This document shows, piece by piece, positions 8,561 through 19,070 of a stretch of 64,000 bases of DNA. The notes under the pieces are model-generated. The model saw nothing but the letters and a program-made list of their open reading frames with translations, was not told the DNA's origin and ran no database searches. The stretch lies in NCBI GenBank assembly GCA_963790475.1, contig CAWBOS010000010.1:1760001-1824000 (forward strand), given 5' to 3'. Each line of letters starts with the position of its first letter. Position 1 is the stretch's first letter. The DNA is from an uncultured delta proteobacterium. GTDB lineage: Bacteria > Desulfobacterota > RBG-13-43-22. The translations under genes were made by a program, and so were the position numbers.

Positions 8561-8715
8561 CGTTTTTCACAAAAGAGATCACAACCGTGCGTGCCGCTAA
8601 TCGACGAACAAGCAGGCTCTACAACGACGGTCCCTGACCAGGCGTGAACGACCGCTTGGGATAAGTTGAAGTCGGCTCAGTTTAGTGCTATTCTATGAAA
8701 AAAGGAGGGAATACT

Positions 8716-8904
8716 ATGTCGATAATCATGGAAAAGGAGGAAGCCCATAGGATCATCGATCGGATGCCGCCAAATGCTACTTGGGATGATTTGATGCGAG
8801 AGATTTATGTCCGAGAGGCAGTTGAGCGCGGGTTGGCTGACAGCAATGCAGGCCGGACCAAGGACGTGAAAGAGGTCCGGGCGAAGTACGGTTTACCGGA
8901 ATGA
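8716..8904 (+). CDS. Putative antitoxin
   Basis: 62 aa, ATWDDLMREIYVREAVERGLAD; ATGA overlap with the RelE/ParE gene. Confidence 0.7.
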   Translation: MSIIMEKEEAHRIIDRMPPNATWDDLMREIYVREAVERGLADSNAGRTKDVKEVRAKYGLPE

Positions 8905-9197
8905 AAGTCCACTGGACTGACACCGCTGAAGGTCATCTTGACGCAATCCATTATTACATTGCTCAGGATTCGCCCGAATACGCCAGGCGCATGGTAGATC
9001 GACTTACCCGAAGATCTCAGCAAATTGCCAAATTCCCTTTCTCAGGCCGAAGAGTTCCCGAAAATGATGTTGACCAGATTCGAGAAGTGATTTAAGGTTC
9101 CTTCCGTATCATTTACAACATAAAGTCAGACCAGATTGATGTACTGGCTGTCATCCATGGAGCCATGGATTTGCTGGGTACATCTGAAAAAGAATAA
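8901..9197 (+). pseudogene. RelE/ParE family toxin with premature stop
   Basis: MKVHWTDTA...FPFSGRRVPE...REVI*GSFRIIYNIKSDQIDVLAVIHG; in-frame TAA at 9093-9095. Confidence 0.85.
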
Positions 9198-9218
9198 ATA
9201 GGAAGGAGAAAAACAACA

Positions 9219-11105
9219 ATGATACACTGGATTCTCTATTGGGTCGTTGCTTTTATCGCTTTGATTTTTATCCTTCGAGGTTTTTGTTTGATTGGCCCCA
9301 ATCAAGTCGGCATCCTTACTAAAAACATGTTTGGCAAAAAAATGCCGGCGGGACAAATAATCGCCCGTCAAGGGGAAATAGGGGTTCGGGCCAGGACTCT
9401 GATGCCCGGGCTCTACTGGAGGTTACCTATCATTTGGACCTTTACCAAAGTTCCGGTGGTGACGGTAGAGGTTGCCAGTATCGGTATCGTCGAATCCATC
9501 GACGGTGAACCACTCCCTAAGGGCCGGGTCTTAGCCGACGAAGTCGAGTGTAATCAATTTCAAGACGCGGAGATGTTCTTAGCCAACCATGGGAGGAAGG
9601 GACCGCAGGTTGGAATTCTACGCCCGGGCACCTACCGGATCAATTCCAAACTGTTCAATATCACCAAAGCCCCCGCGGTAAAAATAGATGAGAATACTAT
9701 TGGTATCGCCGTTGCTAAAGATGGCATTCCCTTACCGACCGGCTATGTCATCGCCCCTAAGGCCCTAAAAGATGACGGGTCCGAAGCAGACCACAAAGCT
9801 TATCAAAACGGACAGCTCTTTATCGATAGCCAAGGATACCGGGGACCGCAGTTGGATACCCTGCAGCCGGGAATATATTTCATCAATCCGAACTTATTTG
9901 ATATCAAAATTGAAGACGTAGCCGAGGTCCTTCCGGGATATGTGGCCGTAATCAGGTCCAACGTGGGTTTGGAGTTGGAGAGAGCACTCGAAGGGCCCGA
10001 GGGAACTACTAAAGAAGGGAGAATGGGTGGTCCGATCCATGAAGATGTTGAGAAGATACTGATAACCGATAAATACACCCGCGGCATTTGGAGAGAGCCG
10101 ATAGCCCCAGGGAAATACAATCTGAATACGATTGCTTTCTCACCCTATCAAGTGCCTACTTCCGCCGTTACCATCGATTGGGCAAGCGAGGGAAGAATCG
10201 GGACGGAAGTAAAGGGAGTTAAACCAACGGAGGCTATGGCTGCTGGGGTCCTGTACAGTTTTGATCCCTTGAAGGTGACTTCTAAAGACGGCTTTCAACT
10301 GGAAGTCAATGTTCGAATGGTGATTCGAATTCAGCCGGGCAACGCGGCCTACATCATAGCCAGATTCGGGTCGGTGGCCAATCTGATCGATCAAATCGTA
10401 CATCCGCTGATCGATTCATCTTTCAGGAATAAAGCCGGCGAGAAAAAAGCGATTGATTTTTTCCAAAGCCGGACGGACCTGCAAACCGAAGCGCTGGTAC
10501 ACGCCAAGGAAAGATTTTCCGAGTACAACGTCGAGGCTCAAAACTTACTCATTGCTTATATCGATATACCTAAGGATTTGTTGGACACTCAAACTAAGAA
10601 GGAGATTGCCAATCAGCAGCAAGCTCAGTATGACCAGGAAGCCATGGCTCAAGAAAAACGCATTGCGGTCATGGAGAAATCGTCCCGGGCGGATAAACAG
10701 AAAGATGTTATTGATGCCAAATTATCCATAGACATCAACAATGACCGGGCTGAGGCCAAAGTTAAGGAAGCGGACGGTAACAGGCGCTCTATGATTCTCC
10801 AAGCTCAAGGGACCAAAGAATCTACCATACTGGTGGCTGATGGCAATTCTTACAAAAGCAAGATCGAGGGCGACGGTGTTGCCGCCGCCTACAATGCCCA
10901 GAAGGAGGCCATTGGTCAGCAGAATGTGGCCATCATCAAACTCATTCAAGAGATAGCGGCTGGTAAGATTCAGATTGTGCCCCAGGTCCTGGTTGGAGGT
11001 GGGGATGCCTCAGCCAGCGGAAACCTTTTCAATGCCTGGATGTCGCAGATGATTTCTCAAAACGTACCGAAAAATGAGGGGAAAGAGATAAAAACGAGCG
11101 GCTGA
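9219..11105 (+). CDS. SPFH/Band 7 flotillin-like protein
   Basis: N-terminal TM, repeated L.PG.Y motifs, SKDGF, coiled-coil tail, IVPQVLV. Confidence 0.85.
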   Translation: MIHWILYWVVAFIALIFILRGFCLIGPNQVGILTKNMFGKKMPAGQIIARQGEIGVRARTLMPGLYWRLPIIWTFTKVPVVTVEVASIGIVESIDGEPLPKGRVLADEVECNQFQDAEMFLANHGRKGPQVGILRPGTYRINSKLFNITKAPAVKIDENTIGIAVAKDGIPLPTGYVIAPKALKDDGSEADHKAYQNGQLFIDSQGYRGPQLDTLQPGIYFINPNLFDIKIEDVAEVLPGYVAVIRSNVGLELERALEGPEGTTKEGRMGGPIHEDVEKILITDKYTRGIWREPIAPGKYNLNTIAFSPYQVPTSAVTIDWASEGRIGTEVKGVKPTEAMAAGVLYSFDPLKVTSKDGFQLEVNVRMVIRIQPGNAAYIIARFGSVANLIDQIVHPLIDSSFRNKAGEKKAIDFFQSRTDLQTEALVHAKERFSEYNVEAQNLLIAYIDIPKDLLDTQTKKEIANQQQAQYDQEAMAQEKRIAVMEKSSRADKQKDVIDAKLSIDINNDRAEAKVKEADGNRRSMILQAQGTKESTILVADGNSYKSKIEGDGVAAAYNAQKEAIGQQNVAIIKLIQEIAAGKIQIVPQVLVGGGDASASGNLFNAWMSQMISQNVPKNEGKEIKTSG

Positions 11106-11182
11106 TCTGAATTGGCTAGGCAAGGCTACTGAAAAAACCGATAGCAAAAATCAACCCAAACTGTAAAAAAAAGATTGGATCG

Positions 11183-11217
11183 ATCAACAACCTCGCAGCA
11201 AGCTACGAGGTTGTTGA
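11183..11217. terminator. Hairpin between convergent genes
   Basis: TCAACAACCTCGCAG...CTACGAGGTTGTTGA. Confidence 0.6.
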
Positions 11218-11277
11218 CTAAAGGAGGATTGCTAAAATACTTAAACCCTCGAATTCCTGGGTCCTCGATTCTTCTTT

Positions 11278-12813
11278 TTAATAACTGGTCGGCCAATTAT
11301 GCATGAGATGTTGTCCGATCCCTTTGGAGAGACGGTTGGTATAGCGCTTCAGCATCTTAATCAAAAAATCCCTGGTCTCGGAAGGATCGATGATGTCCTG
11401 CAACCCAAACCCACCCGCGGCATTCCAGGGTTCGGTGTTCAGTGCCATTTCTTTTGATAGCTTTTCAAATCTTTCCGGGTCGTCTTCCTTCTTGAGATTA
11501 TAGACCACGTTGATGGCCGGTTCCGGATCCATGAAACTGATGTCGGCCGTGGGCCAGGCGACCAAGAGATCCGAATTTCTTCCACCGCCCATATTGAGAA
11601 AGGCCTGCCCGTAGATTTTCCGGACAATGACGGCCAGTTTCGGAACCGTCACCAACTGCAGGGCATTCATCCAGTTCATAATTTTGGCGGTGACTTTTTG
11701 GCGCTCTCCAGCCTTGCCGATTAAAAACCCCGGGGTGTCCATCAGGGTGATAATCGGAAGATTATAAGAATCGCACAAAACCAGAAAGTTGGTGATCTTT
11801 AGACAGCAATCCGCGTCCAGGGCGCCTCCCCCAAAATAGGGATTGTTGGCAATGATTCCGATGGATTGACCGCCGAGCCGTGCAAAACCTGTGGTGCAGG
11901 GCCGGCCGAACAGGGCCTTGACTTCGGTATAATCCTCCCCGTCAACTATGGTCCGTATAATTTTTCTGATGTCGTAAACCCTGTTCCGTTGTTCCGGAAG
12001 ATAATTCAAAATGTTTGGCATGTCTTTGCCGGAATTATTGGGAACCTCCGCCAGAGGAGGCGTCTCGTTCATATTCGTGGGCAGGTAGCCGAGCAATTTT
12101 TTGGTCAGGTCAATGCAGTGCTCGTCCGATTCCCCCACGAAATCGGCCAGCCCGGAGATTTCGGCATGAACTTTCCAGCCCCCTAATTCTTCAGGATCGA
12201 CCTTTTCACCGGTGGAGATTTCTATTACTTTGGGACTGGAAACCGCTGTCACCGCTCCTTTCTGCATAATCAGGATATCAGACATGGCCGCATACCAGGA
12301 CGAACTGCCGTAACAGGGCCCCATGAGAACGGAAATCCAGGGTGAGGTTCGTAGCCGCCGGTACTGGGTAGCGCTCGCCCCCCCCTGGGACATCCGCCCT
12401 GACCCCATGGCATCGGGCATCCGCTGCCCGGAGGATTCCCCGAAAAAGACCAAAGGCAACCCGTTCTGGACCGCGTAGGTTTTGATATATTCCAACTTTC
12501 TCGTGTTGGTGGCCGAACTGGAGGCCCCCAGGATGGTGATATCATTGGCCGCTATGGCCACCGGCCGTCCGTTGACCTCACCGTATCCGATGATCTTGCC
12601 GTCGGTGGGCGTTTTTTCGGCCATTCCCCGGGCCGCCGAATGGCCGAAGAGTCCCAACTCCGAAAAGGTGCCGGGGTCGAAGAAATACTCAATCCGCTCC
12701 CGCACATTGAGCCCTCCTTTTTCTTTTAAGGCCTTGAGCTTCACCTCTCCCCCCATGGTGAGCTGATGTTTTCGCTTCTCATAGAATTGTTTCATCTTCT
12801 CTTCGTGGCTCAT
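11278..12813 (-). CDS. Acyl-CoA carboxylase/decarboxylase carboxyltransferase subunit
   Basis: Motifs LNVRERI, EELGG, DTPGFLIG, AWPTA, IIDP. Confidence 0.9.
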   Translation of the reverse strand: MSHEEKMKQFYEKRKHQLTMGGEVKLKALKEKGGLNVRERIEYFFDPGTFSELGLFGHSAARGMAEKTPTDGKIIGYGEVNGRPVAIAANDITILGASSSATNTRKLEYIKTYAVQNGLPLVFFGESSGQRMPDAMGSGRMSQGGASATQYRRLRTSPWISVLMGPCYGSSSWYAAMSDILIMQKGAVTAVSSPKVIEISTGEKVDPEELGGWKVHAEISGLADFVGESDEHCIDLTKKLLGYLPTNMNETPPLAEVPNNSGKDMPNILNYLPEQRNRVYDIRKIIRTIVDGEDYTEVKALFGRPCTTGFARLGGQSIGIIANNPYFGGGALDADCCLKITNFLVLCDSYNLPIITLMDTPGFLIGKAGERQKVTAKIMNWMNALQLVTVPKLAVIVRKIYGQAFLNMGGGRNSDLLVAWPTADISFMDPEPAINVVYNLKKEDDPERFEKLSKEMALNTEPWNAAGGFGLQDIIDPSETRDFLIKMLKRYTNRLSKGIGQHLMHNWPTSY

Positions 12814-12932
12814 ATACTTCCTCCTATTTTACTTAATGTCCAACGGAAACACCGAATATGAAACTATGGTTTATCATTGGGGGGATTTATAGATATCATT
12901 CAATCCCGACATTCCAAACCTGATCCAGACCC

Positions 12933-14498
12933 TTAAACCTTTCGATCATATCCCTTCCAAAAGGGTTCCTTCAACTCCTTACGGAGGACTTTCCCATTAT
13001 CGTTTTTAGGAAGCTCGGAGATAAAAACGAGGCTTTTAGGTTTTTTGTAGCTGGCCAGATTTTCTTTACAAAACCGGATCAGGGATTCCTCGTCCAGGGT
13101 CGAACCCTCCTTTTTGACCACAAAGGCCTTAACGGATTCGCCCCAGAGCTCATCCGGCACACCGACAACTCCGGCCTCGAGGACCTCCGGATGGGCCAAG
13201 AGAACCTCTTCCACCTCTCGGGGATAAATATTAAATCCACCGCTGATGATCATATCCTTTTTTCGGTCCATGATAAAAATAAAGCCTTCTTCGTCAATCG
13301 TGGCCATGTCCCCGGTGTGAAACCAGCCTCCCCGGAAGGCTTCGGCCGTTTCTTCCGGTAATTTCCAATACTCTTTGAAGACATGGGGGGCCCGGACCTG
13401 AATCTCTCCAATTTCGCCGGGCCGGACGGGGCTACCGTCTTCCTTTATGATTTGGAGAGAAACGCCCAGGGCCGGCCGGCCGGCGGAAGCCAGGCGTCTG
13501 ACTTCTTCTTCGCTTCCCTTTATTTTATGGTCCTCGGGTCCCAGATAAGCCAGGGGCTGGGTGGCTTCGGTCAACCCGTAATTTTGCCGGAAGACAGGCC
13601 CGAAGATTTCAATCGCTTCTTTTAACTTCTCTTTGGGCATCGGAGCGGTGCCGTACCAGATCCTTTTCAGGCTTCTCAAATCATAGGCATGCAGGTTGGG
13701 CACGGCCAGCAGCCGGATCAACATGGTGGGGACCAGGAGGATACTGGTAACGCGTTCTCTTTTAATCGTCCTTAGGATCTCCTCCTCATCAAATCCGGTC
13801 AGGATAATATTGGTGGCGCCCTTGATGTTATAGACCCCATTCATCAGGCCGGCCGCATGGGCCAGGGGACCGACCACCATATTGACATCCGAGGGCAGGA
13901 TCGGTTGATCCAGGTTAATGAGGACGTTGATGATCCGGTTATAAGAGAGTAATGAGGTCGAAACCGCACCCTTGGGTCTCCCGGTCGTTCCTGAGGTATA
14001 TTGGATCCGGTCGATGTGATCGTCTCCCGTTCCGGCCGTCGGTGCCGACTCCGGTTGACCCTCAACCAGTTTTTCATAGGCCAGCATTCCTTGCGGTTCT
14101 CCCCCTTTTGCGCCCATGACGATCACCTTCTTCAGAGTCGGTACAGAAGGCAGGATTGGAGATATGGAATCAATGAACTCCGCGCTCATGATCAGCGCAT
14201 CCGCTTCGGCATTGTTCAAAATATATTCTTGTTCACGGGGGCTGTGCCGGGGATTCAGCGGGATAGTGGTCAAACCGACCCTCCCGATCCCCCCTTGACA
14301 ATCCAGGGTATCGATCCTGTTGCCCAGAAGAATGGCCATTTTCTGTCCCTTGCGCAATCCGATCGAACGAAGACCGTTGGCCACTTTGCCGGACCTGGCA
14401 AACATTTCACCAAAGGTAAGGCGTTTGTCACCATAAATGAAGGCCGGTCGATTGGCATATCGATAATTGGCCCAGGCCCGTAAATTTCCTCTATTCAT
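12933..14498 (-). CDS. AMP-forming acyl-CoA synthetase (long-chain fatty acid CoA ligase family)
   Basis: Motifs YTSGTTGRPKG, YGLTE, WFHTGD, DRKKDMIISGG. Confidence 0.95.
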   Translation of the reverse strand: MNRGNLRAWANYRYANRPAFIYGDKRLTFGEMFARSGKVANGLRSIGLRKGQKMAILLGNRIDTLDCQGGIGRVGLTTIPLNPRHSPREQEYILNNAEADALIMSAEFIDSISPILPSVPTLKKVIVMGAKGGEPQGMLAYEKLVEGQPESAPTAGTGDDHIDRIQYTSGTTGRPKGAVSTSLLSYNRIINVLINLDQPILPSDVNMVVGPLAHAAGLMNGVYNIKGATNIILTGFDEEEILRTIKRERVTSILLVPTMLIRLLAVPNLHAYDLRSLKRIWYGTAPMPKEKLKEAIEIFGPVFRQNYGLTEATQPLAYLGPEDHKIKGSEEEVRRLASAGRPALGVSLQIIKEDGSPVRPGEIGEIQVRAPHVFKEYWKLPEETAEAFRGGWFHTGDMATIDEEGFIFIMDRKKDMIISGGFNIYPREVEEVLLAHPEVLEAGVVGVPDELWGESVKAFVVKKEGSTLDEESLIRFCKENLASYKKPKSLVFISELPKNDNGKVLRKELKEPFWKGYDRKV

Positions 14499-14530
14499 AT
14501 CTGTTTTCCTCTTAGACCAAATGGCCTTTC

Positions 14531-16081
14531 CTATGGACGCATTGTTCGCCTGACAGGCCCCACCTGGTTCCGGGTTACCTCATGGGCCTCCTCTATCCAA
14601 TCGCAAAGCAGGGGCCGCGTATCCCGGGGGTCAATAATATCGACAATACCGAATTTTTCGGCCGTTCGAAAGGGGGAGGTAAACTGCTCGTAGTAGGCCT
14701 CCAATTCCGCCAGACGGGCTGCCGGGTCCTTCGAGGACGCGAGCTCTTTCTTATAGGCCGCCGAGATCCCTCCCTCCAGGGGAATAGATCCCCAATAGGC
14801 CGACGGCCAGGCAAACCTCAGGTTGATCGACCCCTTTCTCCCGTGCATCCCTCCTCCGACACCAAAAGCCCTCCTGACCATTATAGATATCCAGGGAACC
14901 TCACTTTGTTCGATGGCCCCGATCGCTTTCATGACTGCCCGAAGCGTGCCGGCCTTTTCAGCGGCCACACCAGGCATCACTCCGGGCTGATCCACAAAAT
15001 TGATGATCGGAATATGGAAGGTGTCGCACAAATCCACAAATTTTTCCGTTTTTTCGGCCGCGGTACGGGTCATGGCCCCGCCCAGGGAAAGAACATCGTT
15101 GGCCATCACGCCCACCGCGTACCCATTCAGACGGGCCAGACAAGTGATCAGGGACGGCCCGTTATGAGGGCCTATCTCAAATATGGTATCTTTATCCAGC
15201 ACCATTCTCAGGATCTGCCGGGCCTTATAAACCCGGCGTTTATCCGTTGGAACGATAGTCAGGAGCCCTTCTTCCCGCCTTTGCGGATCATCTTTTGAGG
15301 ATTCTCGTGCTGGAACTTCAAAAACATTCTTCGGCATGTAGGAGAGGAACCTGCGGGCCTGGTTAAGGGCTCCCTCCTCGTTCTCCGCAGCATTCATGAC
15401 TGCCCCGCCGTCCCCCGTCTGGACTCTCCAACCCCCGAGATCCTCTTTATCGATCTCCTGAGCAAAGGCGGCTTGCACCACCGGTGGACCCGCGGCGAAG
15501 ACCTGGCTCGTTCCTTTGACCATAACGGAAAAATGAGAAGCACAGACCTTCACCGCACCCAACCCGGCACAGGAACCCAGGGCCACACCGATCACCGGGA
15601 CGGCGCCCATCAACTGCATCACCGGCCAGGTCGGGTACCCCGGGATCTTGGAGGAGCCGGATTTTTCCAGCAACCGAACGCTTCCTCCTGCGGTATCTAC
15701 CAGTCTGACGAGAGGCATTTGCATTTCGTGGGCATAGCGTTCGGCATAGACCCATTTATCCGAGATGGTCGATTCGGATGATCCGCCCCTGATAGTAAAA
15801 TCGTCTGCGGAAACGACCACTTTTCGTCCGTCAATCCGTCCTTTCCCGATAACGGCATTGGTGGGGGTAAAGGACAACAGGTTCCCCTGGTCATCATAAG
15901 CAGCGCTTCCAGCGGTCATCCCCAGTTCGGAAAAGGAACCCTGGTCGAGCAGCAACTCGATCCGCTCCCTGACCGTCAGTTTCCCCAGTTTGTGCTGATA
16001 AGAGACGGACTGGTCTCCCCCAAGCTTGCGAGCCCATTCCTGCCGGCGCTTCAGTTCATCGACCTTTTCTTTCCAGCTCAT
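14531..16081 (-). CDS. Carboxyltransferase subunit
   Basis: Motifs GKLTVRERI, DFTIRGGS, DQPG, IIDPRDTR. Confidence 0.9.
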   Translation of the reverse strand: MSWKEKVDELKRRQEWARKLGGDQSVSYQHKLGKLTVRERIELLLDQGSFSELGMTAGSAAYDDQGNLLSFTPTNAVIGKGRIDGRKVVVSADDFTIRGGSSESTISDKWVYAERYAHEMQMPLVRLVDTAGGSVRLLEKSGSSKIPGYPTWPVMQLMGAVPVIGVALGSCAGLGAVKVCASHFSVMVKGTSQVFAAGPPVVQAAFAQEIDKEDLGGWRVQTGDGGAVMNAAENEEGALNQARRFLSYMPKNVFEVPARESSKDDPQRREEGLLTIVPTDKRRVYKARQILRMVLDKDTIFEIGPHNGPSLITCLARLNGYAVGVMANDVLSLGGAMTRTAAEKTEKFVDLCDTFHIPIINFVDQPGVMPGVAAEKAGTLRAVMKAIGAIEQSEVPWISIMVRRAFGVGGGMHGRKGSINLRFAWPSAYWGSIPLEGGISAAYKKELASSKDPAARLAELEAYYEQFTSPFRTAEKFGIVDIIDPRDTRPLLCDWIEEAHEVTRNQVGPVRRTMRP

Positions 16082-16259
16082 AGTGCTCCTATCCTTTTAA
16101 TTAAATATTTTCTAGATGTATATTCGTCAACTGACTAACAAGGGGATAAAGGCCCCCGACGAAGGTAAAGATTTCAAAAGACTCCTTCTTGATTTGTTTA
16201 AAAGTTTTTTGACGACATTGACATGAACCGTACAAATATTTTGCTTTAATCCTTTGTTG

Positions 16260-16635
16260 CCGAAATGGTTCCGGTGCAGCCAGCTCCAGTCTTTACGACG
16301 TTTTATCTTGGGAACTTTGGGATACCCTTTTTGCCGCCCGATGAGTGCCATGGCGGCGAGTTTATATTCCTCCGTCAGACCGAGCAGTTTTTCCACCGCC
16401 ACCTGGTCTTCACCCCACAGCTCCGAAACAATTTCTGGTTCTGTTGGTACTTGTGCTCGGCAATTTTTTCGATGAGCCCGGGATCATCCGCCAGGATAAA
16501 CTCCCACGGTTGCGAATTCATTGGTGAAGCCGCCATAGAACCAGCCATGATGATCCGTTGCAGTGCTTCCGCTGAAGCAGGTTTAGTAAAACCCGTAATG
16601 GTCCTCCTTCTGGCTATGGCTTCATACAAGTCCAT
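16260..16635 (-). pseudogene. Nitroreductase with internal deletion/frameshift
   Basis: MDLYEAIARRRTI...SPMNSQPWEF joined out of frame to C-terminus VEKLLGL...IG. Confidence 0.7.
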
Positions 16636-16745
16636 AAGTCTTCTCCTTTTTCAATGGGAAAATAATATTAGAAAAATTTAACGGAAACACAAGATGAAAA
16701 GTGAGGGGAAGCGATCTCTTTTCTTCCTGACCGTACCCCCCTACC

Positions 16746-17455
16746 CTATGATCCACTTTTCCAATCCTTTTCCTCCCGCAGGTAAACCGTTCGGTGCGGA
16801 TAGGGGATCTCCAGGTCTTCCGCTTTCAACCGTTCGAAAATCCTTTTTCTCAGTTCATGCTGCACCGGATATTGATCCCCGAATTCCTCCACCTGGCAGA
16901 TCAGGGTAAAATCTAATGAACTGTCCCCGAAGCCCGGAGTAACCCGCACCAAAGGTGCGGGATGGCCCAGTAACCCGGGGATGTTCCCAATGGCTTTTTT
17001 GACTTCATCCACTAAAACCCTTTCCACCTTTTCCGGATCGGCCTGATAACTGACCGAGACGGGGATCGACACGGACATCCTTTTATCCGGCAGAGAAAAG
17101 TTGGTCACAATACTTTCGATTTTTGAAAATAATGGATGAACAACTTCCCCGCCAGATTGGCGCAGGCCAAGGTAATGGAAAGAATCAAGAGGAGGTGGAT
17201 GGTACGGCTTAAATAAAATAAATATTTTCCGGAATAATCCGAAAGATCAATTCCAACATACAATCCGATAGCCAGGCACCAGAAAACGGAGGGGACCTTA
17301 ATGGCCCGAACGATCAGATCCTCAAGGTGAGATTCGCTCTTTACCGCCCAGCGGTGAAAAATTCTAAAGAAGATGGTTCGGCCAACCAAAAGCAATCCGG
17401 CAATGAGGAATGTTGAACCCAACAGAACCAGCAGTTTTTCGAGATGACTTGGCAT
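16746..17455 (-). pseudogene. MscS mechanosensitive channel, middle deleted
   Basis: TM N-terminus (17105-17455) abuts C-terminus TNFS...FGDSSLDF...EIPYP in another frame; core MscS motifs absent. Confidence 0.8.
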
Positions 17456-17654
17456 TCGTTCTCCTGACCAAGGGAAAACTATAAGGCTATCCTGGAAAAA
17501 ATGGTAACATAATTGGATAAGATTGCAACTATCATATTAACTTCAGGCCTTTTCAGTTGAAGAAATCCTGATCCGGTGTTACCCTGAAAACGGAAAGGAA
17601 GAAAATCCCTGACGGGTCTGACCCGGAATTTTGATAGGCCCTGATTTTTATGAT

Positions 17655-18989
17655 ATGGAATCTCTTCGCTCCCTTGCAATAAAAATATTCAAAGCTGCTC
17701 TGGCCGGGACGGATGCTTATCAAGCCGTCTTAGAAAACCTTTCTCTTAAAGGAAAAATTCTTCGGCTCAGAGACGGATCATCTTCTTCCAAAGAATTTGA
17801 TTTAACCCCATTCCAAAAAATTATCTTATTAGGGGCGGGAAAATCCGCGCTCCCGATGGCTGCCGCCGGCGAAGACCTTTTGAAAGACAAATTGTCTGAC
17901 GGCCTGACCATTACCAAATATGGTCATGCCGGCCGGCTGTCGAAGATAGGCCTCGTTGAAGGCGGACATCCTCTGCCGGATCAAGCCGGTTGTCGGGGCA
18001 CCCGGCAAATCGTTTCCTTTCTCCAGGCCGCTCATTCTGACACTTTGATTATTTTTTTGACCTCCGGAGGTTGTTCAGCTTTATTTACCTCCCCACCGGC
18101 GTCCATTTCCTTAAAAGAAAAACAGAGAACAATTCATCTCCTGCTCAATGCCGGAGCACCGATCCAGGAACTGAATACGGTGCGCAAACACCTTTCTTTG
18201 GTCAAGGGGGGCCGTTCAGCCCTGATGGCTTCTCCGGCAACAGTGATCAATCTGGTCTTGTCCGACGTTATAGACGACCCTTTGGACATCATCGGATCCG
18301 GCCCTTTTTTTCCGGACAGTTCTTCTTTTCAAGATGCCATAGATATTCTCGGGAAATATCAGCTGATAAAAAAAGTGCCTGCCTCCGTTACCCATTTTCT
18401 AAAAAGGGGGATCCAGGGATTGATCGCGGATACCCCCAAACCGGGTTCAACCTGTTTTGAGAAAGTGACCCACCGGATCGTTGCCAATAATCAGATGGCC
18501 CTTAAGGCTGCTGTAAAAGAAGCCCGGACTTTGGGATTCAAGCCTTTTATTTTAAGTTCTCAAATCCAGGGGGAAGCCCGGGAACTGGCTAAATTCTATG
18601 GGGCCATCGCCAAAGAGATGATCCAATCCCATGGCCCTTCAAAGAAACCGCTTTGCCTTTTAGCCGGAGGGGAAACCACGGTGACCGTTACCGGGGAAGG
18701 GAAGGGAGGCCGCAACGCCGAACTGGCTTTGGCTATGGCCGTCGAACTTAAAGGGCGAAGATTTCTTTTCCTAAGCGCCGGTACCGACGGTACCGATGGG
18801 CCTACGGATGCGGCCGGAGCCCTGGTTAACGGCCGGACTTACAACCGGGCCGTTCAGAAAGGAATCTCTCCAGAAAAGCATTTGAAAGATAATGATTCCT
18901 ATAATTTTTTTAAAAAGGCCGGGGGACTGTTTATGACCGGTCCAACCGGGACGAATGTCATGGATCTTCATATCCTGTTGTTCGACTAG
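17655..18989 (+). CDS. Glycerate kinase type-2 (MOFRL family)
   Basis: Motifs GAGK, HPLPD, SGG, GGETTV, GTDGTDG, TGPTGTNVMD. Confidence 0.92.
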   Translation: MESLRSLAIKIFKAALAGTDAYQAVLENLSLKGKILRLRDGSSSSKEFDLTPFQKIILLGAGKSALPMAAAGEDLLKDKLSDGLTITKYGHAGRLSKIGLVEGGHPLPDQAGCRGTRQIVSFLQAAHSDTLIIFLTSGGCSALFTSPPASISLKEKQRTIHLLLNAGAPIQELNTVRKHLSLVKGGRSALMASPATVINLVLSDVIDDPLDIIGSGPFFPDSSSFQDAIDILGKYQLIKKVPASVTHFLKRGIQGLIADTPKPGSTCFEKVTHRIVANNQMALKAAVKEARTLGFKPFILSSQIQGEARELAKFYGAIAKEMIQSHGPSKKPLCLLAGGETTVTVTGEGKGGRNAELALAMAVELKGRRFLFLSAGTDGTDGPTDAAGALVNGRTYNRAVQKGISPEKHLKDNDSYNFFKKAGGLFMTGPTGTNVMDLHILLFD

Positions 18990-19070
18990 GCGAAAAGTTG
19001 TCCGAAACCTAGGGAAGATACTCGAAGAATTTGGAGATTAGAAAAAAAATTTTCTGAAAGGGGAACGGGT

